Shown here: in pieces, positions 29,680 through 40,743 of the stretch
Layout of the letters: each line of letters starts with the position of its first letter
How positions within the stretch are numbered: the stretch's first letter is position 1
Source: Methanotrichaceae archaeon
GTDB lineage: Archaea > Halobacteriota > Methanosarcinia > Methanotrichales > Methanotrichaceae
DNA length: 64,000 bases
Assembly (NCBI GenBank): GCA_963748825.1
Contig: CAVVKN010000009.1
Span: 224,001 to 288,000 of the forward strand
Reading direction: 5' to 3'
Notes under the pieces: generated by a model
The model's database searches: none
Told to the model about the DNA's origin: nothing
Seen by the model: the letters and a program-made list of their open reading frames with translations, nothing else
Position numbers and translations under genes: made by a program

Positions 29680-29956
29680 TATTGTAAGACCCTCCTATCA
29701 ATTGCATGATCATCGGTAAAAACTTCTCCGAAGCTACAATAGAGTACTTGGCAAAACATTACCCTTGAATGCGGCCTCAAAGCCCTCCGTTTCACGGGGA
29801 TGATCGAGCAGGTTTGCTGTCGCAAAAGATCATATATATATTTTTTGGTGGGAATTTTTCCGGACGCACAAAAGAAAACTCAATGGATATGAACAGAAAT
29901 AACGCTGCAAAAAAAGGGATAGTTCTGGAGAGCCTAGGCCCTCCAGCTATTTGATC

Positions 29957-32081
29957 TTACTCTCTTCTGCCAAGTACCAGGAAGGCAACTGCCAGGAGAC
30001 CGGTTATGGCGAGAATGCTCTCGAATCCGGGTGTAGCCTTCTCGGCAGCCTTAGCCTCGGTTACGTTTTCCTTAGCAGCAGTCTCGACAGCCTTAGCCTC
30101 TGCTACTTTTTCAGTAGCGGCAGTCTCGGCAGCCTTAGCCTCGGTTACGTTTTCCTTAGCAGCCTCGACTACTGTGGTGGCGGCTGGAGCAGCCTCAACA
30201 GCGGGTGCGGCCTCAGCGGCGGGGGCAGCAGCGCCCTCGATGGTTACTGCCTTGTATATGTAGTACCTGAGGGTATCGTTGTCAGCGGTCTTGATGCTTA
30301 TGCCGCTCATCAAGGCGGTATCCTTGTTCTTGCTGAGAGTTATGGCGTTGTCCTTGTTCTCCATGGTGATGGTTCCGGCGTTTGCATCCACGGAGGTGAT
30401 GGTCATCTTATCGTACTGAGGTGTCGGCCTTTACATCAGTTGCCTCACCGGATATCTGCCAGATGCCATCGACTGTGGCCAGATTCTGGTCAGCGCCACG
30501 GAAGGCGTTCTTGAAGTGAGCTGCGATGGTAATCAGCTTCTTCTGATCGCCTACAGCGGGATTCTTGTAGTAGTAAGTCTTGTCGGACATAGTCGCGTCG
30601 GCCTTGGACGGGGATATGACCTTGCTGTCTACTACAGAGCCATCCTTGGAGAGCTCGAGATATACCTTGTTGCCGTCGATATCAATGGATTTGATAGCCA
30701 GCTCGTAGCCTTCTTCCATCTTCATGGGTGTGCCAGAGGTGACAGTCTTCTCGGTATCGTCATCAATAAGGATCTTCTGGAGCTGCTCGCTGGACAGGGA
30801 ATTCTCATCAGTGGACTCTTTGAACAGGAGGTTCTTATCGGCGTTGTCAACGTTCTCGACATAGCCTGCGAAGTACCTGTCTGCTAGGAAGCCCATGACA
30901 TTGAATGCGCCCCAATCCTCGTACTTGAACTCCTTGGCCTGAGCCTTGGTCTCATACTTGACACCATAGGGCGAGTCGCCGCTCAGCTTCTTATCGGTTA
31001 AGGTTGTGCTGAGTGTCTCGGTTCCGATGTCATCCTTAATATCATAGTAGAATCCTGCGAAGTTCTGAGAATTCCATGTGTTGTCTGCGGTAGCGACTGC
31101 GCCACGGATCTCATAGGTTCCGGGCTCAGTTATTTCCTTGTATATGTAGTACCTGAGGGTATCGTTGTCAGCGGTCTTGATGCTTATGCCGCTCATCAAG
31201 GCGGTATCCTTGTTCTTGCTGAGAGTTATGGCGTTGTCCTTGTTCTCCATGGTGATGGTTCCGGCGTTTGCATCCACGGAGGTGATGGTCATCTTATCGT
31301 ACGAGGTGTCGGCCTTGACATCAGTTGCCTCACCGGATATCTGCCAGATGCCGTCGACTGTGGCCAGATTCTGGTCAGCGCCACGGAAGGCGTTCTTGAA
31401 GTGAGCTGCGATTGTTACCAGCTTCTTCTGATCGCCTACAGCGGGATTCTTGTAGTAGTAAGTCTTGTCGGCCATGTTCGCGTTGGCCTTGGACGGGGAT
31501 ATGACCTTGCTGTCTACTACAGAGCCATCCTTGGAGAGCTCGAGATATACCTTGTTGCCGTCGATATCAATGGATTTGATAGCCAGCTCGTAGCCTTCTT
31601 CCATCTTCATGGGTGTGCCAGAGGTGACAGTCTTCTCGGTATCGTCATCAATAAGGATCTTCTGGAGCTGCTCGCTGGACAGGGAATTCTCATCAGTGGA
31701 CTCTTTGAACAGGAGGTTCTTCTCGGCGTTGTCAACGTTCTCGACATAGCCTGCGAAGTACCTGTCTGCTAGGAAGCCCATGACATTGAATGCGCCCCAA
31801 TCCTCGTACTTGAACTCCTTGGACTGAGCAGTGGTCTCATACTTGACACCATAGGGCGAGTCGCCGCTCAGCTTCTTATCGGTTAAGGTTGTGCTGAGGG
31901 TCTCGGTTCCGATGTCATCCTTAATATCATAGTAGAATCCGGCGAAGTTCTGAGAATTCCATGTGGTGTCTCCGGTAGCGACTGCGCCGCGTACCTCCAC
32001 TTTCTCGACCGCGCCGACTACCATCGCTGTTGCTAGTAACAGCATCATCGATGTAAGCGTAATTGCAGCCAATTTCTTCAT
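29957..32081 (-). CDS. Major S-layer protein (two DUF1608-type domains, PGF-CTERM), frameshifted by one extra base at 30417
   Basis: WNSQNFAGFYYDI domains twice; second copy reads TCGTACTGAGG vs TCGTACGAGG in the first; ORF 29957..30406 continues the repeat and ends PGFESILAITGLLAVAFLVLGRRE. Confidence 0.9.
30250..31988 (-). repeat. Near-identical intragenic tandem repeat, period 885 nt
   Basis: Matching blocks at 31093/31978 and 30418/31303 (offset 885; 886 on the other side of the insertion). Confidence 0.92.
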
Positions 32082-32922
32082 CTTTTAACCTCCTATTTTC
32101 CCTTCACGATCACTTTCAGCAGCATACAGTCTGATTATTCTTAAAACTATTGCCTGAATAAAGTCTTCGATCGCCCTGCTACATATTGTGAATCGAGATT
32201 TCCTGCGATGTCACCGCTGCCTGGCGTCTCTCAGACATGTATATAGCTACGTCACCCTCCTCAAATCCCATAAGGGATATAGGGTAGTGATAGAGTATTT
32301 CCCTATTATATCTTTTTTGGTCCTCTACTAGCAGCTTGGTGCTGATCTTCCTCTATCGAGAGTTACAATCGACCAAAGAGCTTTACAAGGCTCAATCACG
32401 CATTTGTCACTACCTATTTAAAGACTATTCTTCGCTGAGACGGCAAGAAGCCTGAAGGAACAAGTAATCGAACCAACTCTATCTGGGAAAGTGTCCATCT
32501 TTATATTCAGACCTGAAAAAATACCCCGGTATGCCCTCTTAGCATGATCGTTTTAAGACAAAAAATGAAACGGCGGCGTACTCCTGCAGCAAGATATGGG
32601 TATTTCACTAAAAAAATAAATCTTTTACAAAAACATATTATAATGATTAATCAGAAGTTCTACATTATGGATTCCCTGATTAAATCTCTTTTATCGAATA
32701 ATTTTAAACAAGATTTAGATGGCGCTAATTAGGTTAATCAAATCAAATTTTTTTCTCGGAGAAAAAGTGATTTGCAATAGCAAACGGCTGTGACACACCT
32801 GCATAGCAGGCTGCGAGGTATGAGAGGCGTTGCCGCATATGGTACAATGCAATCATCAGGTTATTACGATAAAAATAACCGGGGAAAACGGTTTTTGCGA
32901 ATGGCGTCACAATCCATAAAGC

Positions 32923-33939
32923 ATGACAAGAACCTGCCTGATCTATCATCCCATCTATCTACTGCACGGGGCGCTGTGCCATCCGGAGAAAAAGGAGCGC
33001 CTCACCGCAATACTGGATAAAATTCAATCAGAAAAGCTCGATGTAGACTTCATCACGCCAGAGCCCGCGACCATAGCCCAGGTTGCGGCCATACACGGAC
33101 TAAGGTACATCAATCAGGTAAAAGCCATCTGCGAGCACGGTGGCGGCTACCTGGATGTCGATACAATTCTTTCCAAAAACTCCTATGATGCTGCCCTGAT
33201 GGCTGCCGGCGGCGCATTGACCGCGGTCGATGCTGTCCTAGGGGAGTGCGACAGCGCCTTTGCCCTGGTCCGGCCGCCCGGGCACCACGCCAAGCCCAAT
33301 CGCGGCATGGGATTTTGTATCTTCAACAACATCGCAATCGCCGCGAAGCATGCCCAGGCGCGGGAAGCGAAAAAAGTGCTCATAGTAGACTGGGATGTGC
33401 ATCACGGCAACGGCACCAATGACGTATTCTATTCCGATCCGTCTGTACTATATTTCTCTACCCACCAGTATCCCCACTATCCGGGCACGGGAAGAGCAGA
33501 TGAGGTAGGAGAGGACGGCGCACAAGGTTTCACGGTAAACGTGCCCCTGCCATCGGGAACAGGAGACGCGGGTTACCTCATGGCTTACCGGGAGATCTTA
33601 AAGCCCATAGCTTTGGAGTTTAAGCCCGACATAGTTCTCGTCTCGGCTGGCCAGGATCCGCATAAGGACGATCCTCTGGGCGGCATGCGTCTGACCTCGG
33701 CCGGCTTTGGTGCCATTGCCGGCGTAGTGAAAGAGATAGCCAATACTTGCTGCAGGGGAAGACTGGCTGCTGCCTTGGAAGGCGGATACAACCTGCAGGC
33801 ACAGGCAGAAGCGGTTGTAGCCGAGATCAGAGCTTTTGGCGGTGAAGTGCCGCAAGTAGGAGGCACGGACCCAGGCGTTGCCAGGAGAATAGAGGAGGTC
33901 AAAAAGATTCAAAGCAGCTACTGGAGCTGCTTTTCCTAG
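32923..33939 (+). CDS. Histone deacetylase family protein (class II-like)
   Basis: HPE..ERL, RPPGHHA, MGFCIFNN, DWDVHHGNGT, YPGTG, LEGGY. Confidence 0.93.
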   Translation: MTRTCLIYHPIYLLHGALCHPEKKERLTAILDKIQSEKLDVDFITPEPATIAQVAAIHGLRYINQVKAICEHGGGYLDVDTILSKNSYDAALMAAGGALTAVDAVLGECDSAFALVRPPGHHAKPNRGMGFCIFNNIAIAAKHAQAREAKKVLIVDWDVHHGNGTNDVFYSDPSVLYFSTHQYPHYPGTGRADEVGEDGAQGFTVNVPLPSGTGDAGYLMAYREILKPIALEFKPDIVLVSAGQDPHKDDPLGGMRLTSAGFGAIAGVVKEIANTCCRGRLAAALEGGYNLQAQAEAVVAEIRAFGGEVPQVGGTDPGVARRIEEVKKIQSSYWSCFS

Positions 33940-35252
33940 CCGATACGAAATTTGGCCCGGAAATAATGAGCCAGGAAGATGCGAAAGCCCTCATCCTTTA
34001 TGCCCAGCAGCTCCAAGCCCGCATATATATTGTGCCCTTCGCGAACGGACGCGGACAGATGCTTTCCCAGAGAGAGGTTTGCACTCTCCTCTGCCAGAAG
34101 ATCACGAGCAGAAGTATACTGGCGCGTCTCCTCCACTACGACTTTGCCGTTGGCGATGTAGGGTCCGGAGAGGGGCACCGGGTGGGCTGCCAGGAAGCGA
34201 GAGAGGTGATCGGCCTGCCAGACGGGTGGACCTATGCGCGGGCAGGCTTTAGAGAGCTGCCAGACCTGCATCTCAAAGAGCATCACGGCTCTGTCGCGAT
34301 AGGTCGAAACGTCGCTACGCAGCATTGAAAAGCCGTTTCTTTCTAATAGCGCCTTAACAGAGCCTTCCGCTTTGCGAAGCTGAGGATAGAGAACATCTTC
34401 CACCACATCGGGCGCGGCAAACTCAAGGAGGATGGGCATTGTCCCCCGCGCATTTATCAGAGCAATTAGCTCCTCATCGGATAAGGGGTCCTGCAATGGG
34501 GGGAAGAAGAAATCGAGCTTCGGCTCAGCCAGAAAAGAACGCGCGACAGAGGCAAACTGGAGCATCTTGTCCAAAGTTAACGCGCCGGCCACATTTCTTC
34601 CTGGATCAACCGGATCGACCACAATCAAGGGCTCGTCGTGCCTGCCTATGCCGTGCCCTTCCAGGTCCAGGCGCTGGCCGGGGCGCCAGGCGGATGCTGC
34701 CCGGAGTACGGCGGCAAAGGAACCGTAGCATAGCACGAGCAGCTCTGCCAGGTAGCCGGAAAAGCCACCCGTCTTCAGCTCCGAGCCGTAGACATTTACG
34801 CCCTTCATAAACTGCTTTAGGAGAAGGACCTCGTCTTCCCTACCAACGATTCTGCTGCTCACGTATTTTGTATGAAAAGGGGTACGATCCACTGCCGACA
34901 ACAGACGGGCGGCATCCTCCACCAGATAGCAGGGGACCAGGTCTACCTCAAAGCCGTCCATCCGGGCGTGGACGTAGGCGTGCTCCGCATATTTCTCCTC
35001 ATGATCCGGGGCGACGAGCCTGGCGATCTCCAGGGCAGCTCCCAGATCGCCCCCAGGAGGCACCCCTAAAAAGATGTCCAGATCATGATCTCCTGCCAGC
35101 CAGGTGCTTCTGGCCGCAGAGCCGACCAGCATGGCCTTGAGATAGAGGCCTCGCTCTCTTGCCAGATCCTCTATGCGGGCGATAATGGAGGCTGAGGTCA
35201 CCATCATTCGCTTCCTGTCGGATAGACCGGGCTTAACCCGTCCGAGAACCAC
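33936..35252 (-). CDS. cca: Archaeal CCA-adding enzyme (start uncertain; GTG at 35252 assumed)
   Basis: VGSAARSTWL..DHDLDIF, YAEH.Y, DLVPCY, SAVDRTPFH, GFSGYL, DPVDP.RNVA. Confidence 0.92.
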   Translation of the reverse strand: MVLGRVKPGLSDRKRMMVTSASIIARIEDLARERGLYLKAMLVGSAARSTWLAGDHDLDIFLGVPPGGDLGAALEIARLVAPDHEEKYAEHAYVHARMDGFEVDLVPCYLVEDAARLLSAVDRTPFHTKYVSSRIVGREDEVLLLKQFMKGVNVYGSELKTGGFSGYLAELLVLCYGSFAAVLRAASAWRPGQRLDLEGHGIGRHDEPLIVVDPVDPGRNVAGALTLDKMLQFASVARSFLAEPKLDFFFPPLQDPLSDEELIALINARGTMPILLEFAAPDVVEDVLYPQLRKAEGSVKALLERNGFSMLRSDVSTYRDRAVMLFEMQVWQLSKACPRIGPPVWQADHLSRFLAAHPVPLSGPYIANGKVVVEETRQYTSARDLLAEESANLSLGKHLSASVREGHNIYAGLELLGIKDEGFRIFLAHYFRAKFRIG

Positions 35253-35262
35253 TTCTCGGATT

Positions 35263-35808
35263 TCAGAGAGGGAATCCTGCCAGGTCTTCGTAGATAGGCC
35301 CTCCGCTAGTGAGAGTGCTCTTTTTAAGATAAAATCGGTCCACGGTGAAGCTGCCCAGGTCCGAGGAAGTGAAGTTTGCGATTCTTGCGCCAAGCTGGCG
35401 ATTCATCTCTGCACCGGGGCGGGCCACCCGGCCCAGGGTGACATGAGGGGAGAAGCCTCGCGCCTCGGGCGCAAAGCCAAGAGGGCTCAAAGCTTGCTCT
35501 ACCTTCTCGTAAAGCTCCTGGAAATTTCCTTCCAGACCCATCCACACCACGCGCACGGCCCGCCCGGGAAAGGCGCCCATGCCCAAAACCCGGACCGGAA
35601 AAGGCGCGGCCTTAACCCTTCCCAGCGCCTCAGCCACCTGGCCCACATTTTCCTCCGGCACATCTCCCAGGAACTTTATGGTGACATGCACCAATTCCGG
35701 CTTGACGAGCCGCAGGCCATTCGTCGCGATGCTGTTTTGCAGACGTCCAATCTCCTCGCGCATGTGGCTAGGAAGCTCTACGGCCACAAAGCACCTTATC
35801 CCCGTCAT
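35263..35808 (-). CDS. thpR: RNA 2',3'-cyclic phosphodiesterase (2H family)
   Basis: [14 protein letters not shown] and PHVTLGR (two HxT motifs), GPIY. Confidence 0.93.
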   Translation of the reverse strand: MTGIRCFVAVELPSHMREEIGRLQNSIATNGLRLVKPELVHVTIKFLGDVPEENVGQVAEALGRVKAAPFPVRVLGMGAFPGRAVRVVWMGLEGNFQELYEKVEQALSPLGFAPEARGFSPHVTLGRVARPGAEMNRQLGARIANFTSSDLGSFTVDRFYLKKSTLTSGGPIYEDLAGFPL

Positions 35809-37451
35809 CGCAGGACACTGCCTTTGCTGGCGGAAGTAACCGAGTTTCTATAGCGGGCCAAAATGCCGCTCTTTATCTTGGGCTCGGGAGGGACCCATGC
35901 CTTCTTTCTTATTTCCATTTTCACGGGATCGACGAGCAGATCGATCCTTCGGGCTGGGATGTCTATCGAGATCATGTCGCCGTTCTTTACAAGGGCAATG
36001 GGCCCACCCACCGCGGCCTCGGGAGAGACGTGCCCGATGCATGGGCCTCGGGTTCCGCCGCTAAAGCGCCCGTCGGTGATTAGAGCCACAGACTCGGAGA
36101 GGCCCGCCCCCGCGATGGCGGATGTGGGTGCCAAGGTCTCCCTCATGCCCGGCCCGCCTTTTGGTCCTTCGTATCTTATTATCACTACATCGCCGGCCTT
36201 TACGCCGCCTTCAATGATGCCTGCCATGGACTCCTCCTCGGAGTCGTAGACTACAGCCGGGCCGGTATGTTTGAGCATGGATGCGGATACCGCCGTCTGC
36301 TTGACCACCGCGCCTTCCGGCGCCAGGTTGCCAAACATTATGGCAATGCCGCCTTGAACGTGCACAGGTGCCTCTAGTGTGGCTATGACGGCCGCATTGG
36401 TCAGGGGATTGACGGGCCTAAAGGCATCCAGGTTCTCGCCCAGTTTTTTGCCCGTGACGGTGAGGGCGTCTAAAGAGAGCCGTGAGGCAAGCCGGCTCAT
36501 GATCGCGGGAATTCCGCCGGCTCGATCCAGGTCGAGAATATGATGAGGCCCGCCCGGTCGCAGGTTGACCAGATGAGGTGTCTCGCGACTTAATTGGTCG
36601 AAGCGATCCAAATTCAGATCCAGGCCGAACTCTGCCGCTATGGCCATTATGTGCAAAACGGTATTGGTAGATCCACCAATGGCCATGTCCACGCGAATGG
36701 CATTGTCCAGCGATTCTCGCGTCACTATCTGCCGGGCAGTAATTCCCCGCTCTACCAGTTCCATGATCTTCATGCCCGAAAGCTTCCCCTGGCGCATCTT
36801 TCGCGCGTCCACTGCATGGGTTGTGGCGCAGCCGGGCAGGCTCAAACCTAGGGCTTCAGTGAGGCAGGCCATGGTATTGGCAGTAAAAAGTCCGGCACAC
36901 GATCCGGCTCCGGGGCATGCCATCTCCTCCAGGACGGCCAGCGTCTCGCCTCCCGCCTGCCAGCCCTCGAAGACGTTGATCAGATCCAGCTCTTTGTCGC
37001 AGGCAAAGCCGGGCATCATGGGCCCGCCCGTGACCACGATGGTGGGCAGGTCCAGTCTTCCTGCCGCCATGATATGACCGGGGACGATCTTGTCGCAGGA
37101 GGGGATCATAACCAATCCGTCCAGCTGATGGGCCTCCGCCATGATCTCGATGGAGTCTTCGATCAGTTCGCGACTGGGCAGCGAGTATCTCATTCCTTTA
37201 TGACCCATGGCTATGCCGTCGCACACGCCAATGGTCTGAAATTCAAAGGGCACGCCTCCCGCGGAGAGGATGCCTGCTTTTACAGCCTCCCCCAGCTTAT
37301 CGAGATGGATATGCCCCGGGATAAAATCATTAAAAGAGTTGACAACTCCAATGAAGGGACGACGGATCTCTTCATCGCATAGGCCGGTGGCCTTTAAGAG
37401 AGCCCTATGAGGCGCTCTTTCTCTGCCTGCTTTGGTGACATCGCTCCTCAT
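35805..37451 (-). CDS. ilvD: Dihydroxy-acid dehydratase
   Basis: [61 protein letters not shown]. Confidence 0.97.
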   Translation of the reverse strand: MRSDVTKAGRERAPHRALLKATGLCDEEIRRPFIGVVNSFNDFIPGHIHLDKLGEAVKAGILSAGGVPFEFQTIGVCDGIAMGHKGMRYSLPSRELIEDSIEIMAEAHQLDGLVMIPSCDKIVPGHIMAAGRLDLPTIVVTGGPMMPGFACDKELDLINVFEGWQAGGETLAVLEEMACPGAGSCAGLFTANTMACLTEALGLSLPGCATTHAVDARKMRQGKLSGMKIMELVERGITARQIVTRESLDNAIRVDMAIGGSTNTVLHIMAIAAEFGLDLNLDRFDQLSRETPHLVNLRPGGPHHILDLDRAGGIPAIMSRLASRLSLDALTVTGKKLGENLDAFRPVNPLTNAAVIATLEAPVHVQGGIAIMFGNLAPEGAVVKQTAVSASMLKHTGPAVVYDSEEESMAGIIEGGVKAGDVVIIRYEGPKGGPGMRETLAPTSAIAGAGLSESVALITDGRFSGGTRGPCIGHVSPEAAVGGPIALVKNGDMISIDIPARRIDLLVDPVKMEIRKKAWVPPEPKIKSGILARYRNSVTSASKGSVLR

Positions 37452-37564
37452 TTAAAAAACCTCATTTCCTGGCTTTTGCCACTTTTCCGTTTTACTTGTA
37501 GGATTGCGAAGGACGAATTTCACTGACCGCGGGTCAGCGAGATTTTCGACGAGAAGTCGAAACA

Positions 37565-38756
37565 TCGGTAAGTCCCCATCCTTCGGGGTGGGGATGAAAG
37601 CGGAGTCCTTTGCCCTTGAATTACTTTCGCTCTGCGTGCATTTGATATAAATATCATCCCTTCATGCAAGCGTTCGTTGATAATTAGCTATAAGTATCCT
37701 ATCTTCCCAGATAAAATTTCTCAGTGGAAGTTAGCGGAGAATTTGGATGCTTGCAGATGGCTCTATAATCAGCTTCTCCAAGACCTGAGTGTTTTGAAAG
37801 AGAAGGGCATCAAGCTCAAAACGTATGACACTCAGAACATGATTCCTTCTCTGAAGCTCATAAATCCGAAGTTGAATTTGGTCTACTCCAAAGTTCTTCA
37901 GATGGTGAATTATACTCTTTGGTCTAACATCAAAGGACTCTCGGCATCAAAGAAGAATGGTAGAAAGATCGGACATATCCGCTTCAAGGGATATGGTTGG
38001 TACAACACCCTGAATTACAACCAATCTGGTTTCAAGGTCGATCAAGATCACGGCCTATTGCATCTATCCAAGATCGGAGATATGCGGATCAAGATCTATC
38101 GAAAGATCGAAGGTTGCATCAAAGCCGTCATAATTAAGAGAGAAGGTAAGAGATGGTTCGCCATAGTCCAGACAGATCAAGAACCCCAAACGTTACCGAA
38201 AACTGGTGAAGCAATAGGTCTGGATGTTGGTCTGACTTCCTTCGTGGTCGACTCCGAGGGCAATGAGATAGAGAATCCAAGATGGGGAGACCACGCGGCG
38301 GATAGACTGGCAAAGCTGCAAAGAAAACTTGCCAGAGCCGCGAAGGGATATCATTTGTGTTGAAGATCTTGATGTCAAAGGCCTGAAAGAGAAAGGCCAT
38401 AATAGTGGTATGCATCGCAGCATTCATGATGCATCCTGGTCTAAGTTCATATTCATGCTTTCGTACAAGGCTCAAAGTGCTGGTCGAAAGCTGATAAAAG
38501 TAGATCCTAGGAACACCACTCAACGGTGTTCCGCTTGTGGATGCATTGTGAAGAAAGACTTGTCTGTTCGAGTGCATGAGTGCCATTATTGCCGATTCTC
38601 ATGCAATCGAGACTACAATGCTTCCAGGAACATACTTATCTTAGGGATGGAACAGCCCGCAGCGCCCATAGAGTCAAAACCACTACACCACATATCTATG
38701 ATGCAAGTTTTGGCAATGAAGTGGGAAGCCATGCCCAACAGGGCGCGGTAGTTCAC
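37565..38756 (+). mobile_element. IS200/IS605-family (IS1341-type, tnpB only) element; left boundary approximate
   Basis: Left hairpin TCCCCATCC-TTCG-GGGTGGGGA (37573-37594); right end GAAGCCATGCCCAACAGGGCGCGGTAGTTCAC. Confidence 0.85.
37677..38751 (+). pseudogene. tnpB: TnpB RNA-guided endonuclease with frameshifting deletion near 38345
   Basis: YKYPIFP, CRWLYN, RuvC-I GLDVG; second frame ICVEDL (RuvC-II), CSACG/CHYC zinc finger, RDYNAS (RuvC-III). Confidence 0.9.
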
Positions 38757-38841
38757 GTAGTTGCTGATATCTCTTCTCAAAAACCGATATGTGCTACATC
38801 TTAAATACCACAAGATACTAGCCGCCAGAGGTGGACAATCC

Positions 38842-40743
38842 TTGGATGCTTATTCGTTATTCCTGATATTTCTCGCCATCTACATTGCGGTCTTGCTGGG
38901 CATCGGTCTATATTTTTCCAGTCGACAAAAGTCTGTAACCGACTTCTGGCTGGCGGGAAGGGAGCTTGGGCCGATCACCATCGGATTTTCCGCGGCATCC
39001 GCGTGGATCACGGCGAGTGCACTGCTCTTGGCCACGGGGCTATTTCTGCTCATAGGCGTAGGCTCGATTTGGATATGGGTCTTCCCCAACATCGCCGGGC
39101 TGATAATAATTGCCGCGATCTCGGGAAGGATCAAGAACATTCCTGCCTTAACCCAGCCCGAGCTCATGGAGATAAGATACGATCCCATGATCAGAGCCCC
39201 GGTTGCCCTGGCCGTCACCATTATGATGATACTCTTCTCGGTGACGGATTTCATCGGATTCAAGCTGGTGCTGGGCACATTTTTTGGCATCGATCCCTTC
39301 TATGCCGTGGCCCTCATGGCCGTCTCCGTAGCTCTTTATGTCACCGTGGGCGGCTTTCGTGCCGTTGTCTGGACGGATATCTTGCAGTATATTCTTCTGG
39401 CAGGCCTGGCTATTTACGTGGCCACATTGGCCCTTGATCTTTCTGCCGGCGAGGGTGTCACTCTACTGGCCGCAGCGTCCGCTCTGGGCACAGACTGGTG
39501 GGATCCGCTCCTCTTGGGCGGCCTGATGGGGGCCCTGGTCTTTTTAGTCGCCCTCTTGCCCGGCTGGGTGGCGGAACAGGACCCCTGGCAGAAGATCTGG
39601 GCGGCGCGCGATGAGCGTTCCGCGAGGCGCGGCCTAATGCTGGGCAGCGCCCTGCTGGCCCTGATCTACCTCTGCTGCTTTCTCACGGCCATTGGCATTT
39701 CCGTGCTCTATCCAAGGCCGACAGGAGAGGTAGAGGCGGAGATGCTCTACCTCAAGCTCATCAGCGATAACGTTCCAGGATGGCTCCTGGCCCTTCTCAC
39801 CATCGGCTTTGCCGCGGCATCCATGTCCTGCACCGACACCTTTGCCACATCGGCAGCTTCCTGCATCTCTCGCGACCTGATCCAGCGGCACCTGCGGCCT
39901 GCCGCCACCATGAAGGAGATGCTGGTTATCAACAGGATATTGGTTATAATCATGATAGGCATCGCGGCGGCAATCGCGCTGAATGCGAACAGCATCGTCG
40001 ATGCAGTGATCATAGCCACGGTGATAGGCACCACATCCTACTTCTTCCCCATCATCGGTGGACTGTACTGGAAGCGCGCCACCAGGTGGGGAGCCATGGC
40101 GGCGCTCATAGCAGGGGGCGGAACGCAGATCCTTCTCATCTCCTACGAACAATTCTGGCTGAAACAGCCGCTGGACAGCATCTCGCCCTATCTAACCGAG
40201 CATGGTGTGCTGGTCGGCCTGGCACTTTCCGCCCTATTTTTTGTCGGCGTCTCATTGGCTACAAGGCCGCAGCCGGACATTCGCTTAGCAGTCTTCTTTG
40301 CCGATATCGCAGAGAAGGTCTTCAGCCGCGATCTTCCCCGAGTCGACAGAAAGAGCGCTCTCTATCGCGAGATCGCTTCACTCATAGAAGAGAAGATCGC
40401 GGGGGAGCGATCTCACCTCAACTTAGCCATCAGACATGGCGCTGCCCGCGATGGTGGGCGAGAGGATGGACAAGAGGAGCTGCCATGGGAGCGTTTTGTG
40501 GTGGTGCTCACGGAGATGTATCCCCTCTGGTTTACACCAACAGGAAGCCACATCGTCTACCGCCTCTCCCAGGCGGATATGCTGGGCTGCGTCAAGATAG
40601 TGCGCGGCGATAAGAGCCATATCTGGCTATCAGCCGAGCCGAGGCTCGAGCAGACACAGAGGCTGAAAGATGAACTCTTTTTGGCGTATGAGGAGATAGA
40701 AGAGGCGCTGGCAGGTCTTGGCATGAAGGGATGGCTCAGATGA
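38842..40743 (+). CDS. Sodium:solute symporter family protein with soluble C-terminal domain
   Basis: DFWLAGR, YVTVGGFRAVVWTD, AASMS, GLYWKRAT; many TM helices; GAGGTGG before TTG 38842. Confidence 0.9.
   Translation: MDAYSLFLIFLAIYIAVLLGIGLYFSSRQKSVTDFWLAGRELGPITIGFSAASAWITASALLLATGLFLLIGVGSIWIWVFPNIAGLIIIAAISGRIKNIPALTQPELMEIRYDPMIRAPVALAVTIMMILFSVTDFIGFKLVLGTFFGIDPFYAVALMAVSVALYVTVGGFRAVVWTDILQYILLAGLAIYVATLALDLSAGEGVTLLAAASALGTDWWDPLLLGGLMGALVFLVALLPGWVAEQDPWQKIWAARDERSARRGLMLGSALLALIYLCCFLTAIGISVLYPRPTGEVEAEMLYLKLISDNVPGWLLALLTIGFAAASMSCTDTFATSAASCISRDLIQRHLRPAATMKEMLVINRILVIIMIGIAAAIALNANSIVDAVIIATVIGTTSYFFPIIGGLYWKRATRWGAMAALIAGGGTQILLISYEQFWLKQPLDSISPYLTEHGVLVGLALSALFFVGVSLATRPQPDIRLAVFFADIAEKVFSRDLPRVDRKSALYREIASLIEEKIAGERSHLNLAIRHGAARDGGREDGQEELPWERFVVVLTEMYPLWFTPTGSHIVYRLSQADMLGCVKIVRGDKSHIWLSAEPRLEQTQRLKDELFLAYEEIEEALAGLGMKGWLR

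Noticed and set aside
16876-33939. Two deacetylases plus MC1 as a chromatin-modification system
   Set aside because: The genes are not adjacent, and prokaryotic AcuC/HDAC-family enzymes commonly act on metabolic enzymes or small molecules
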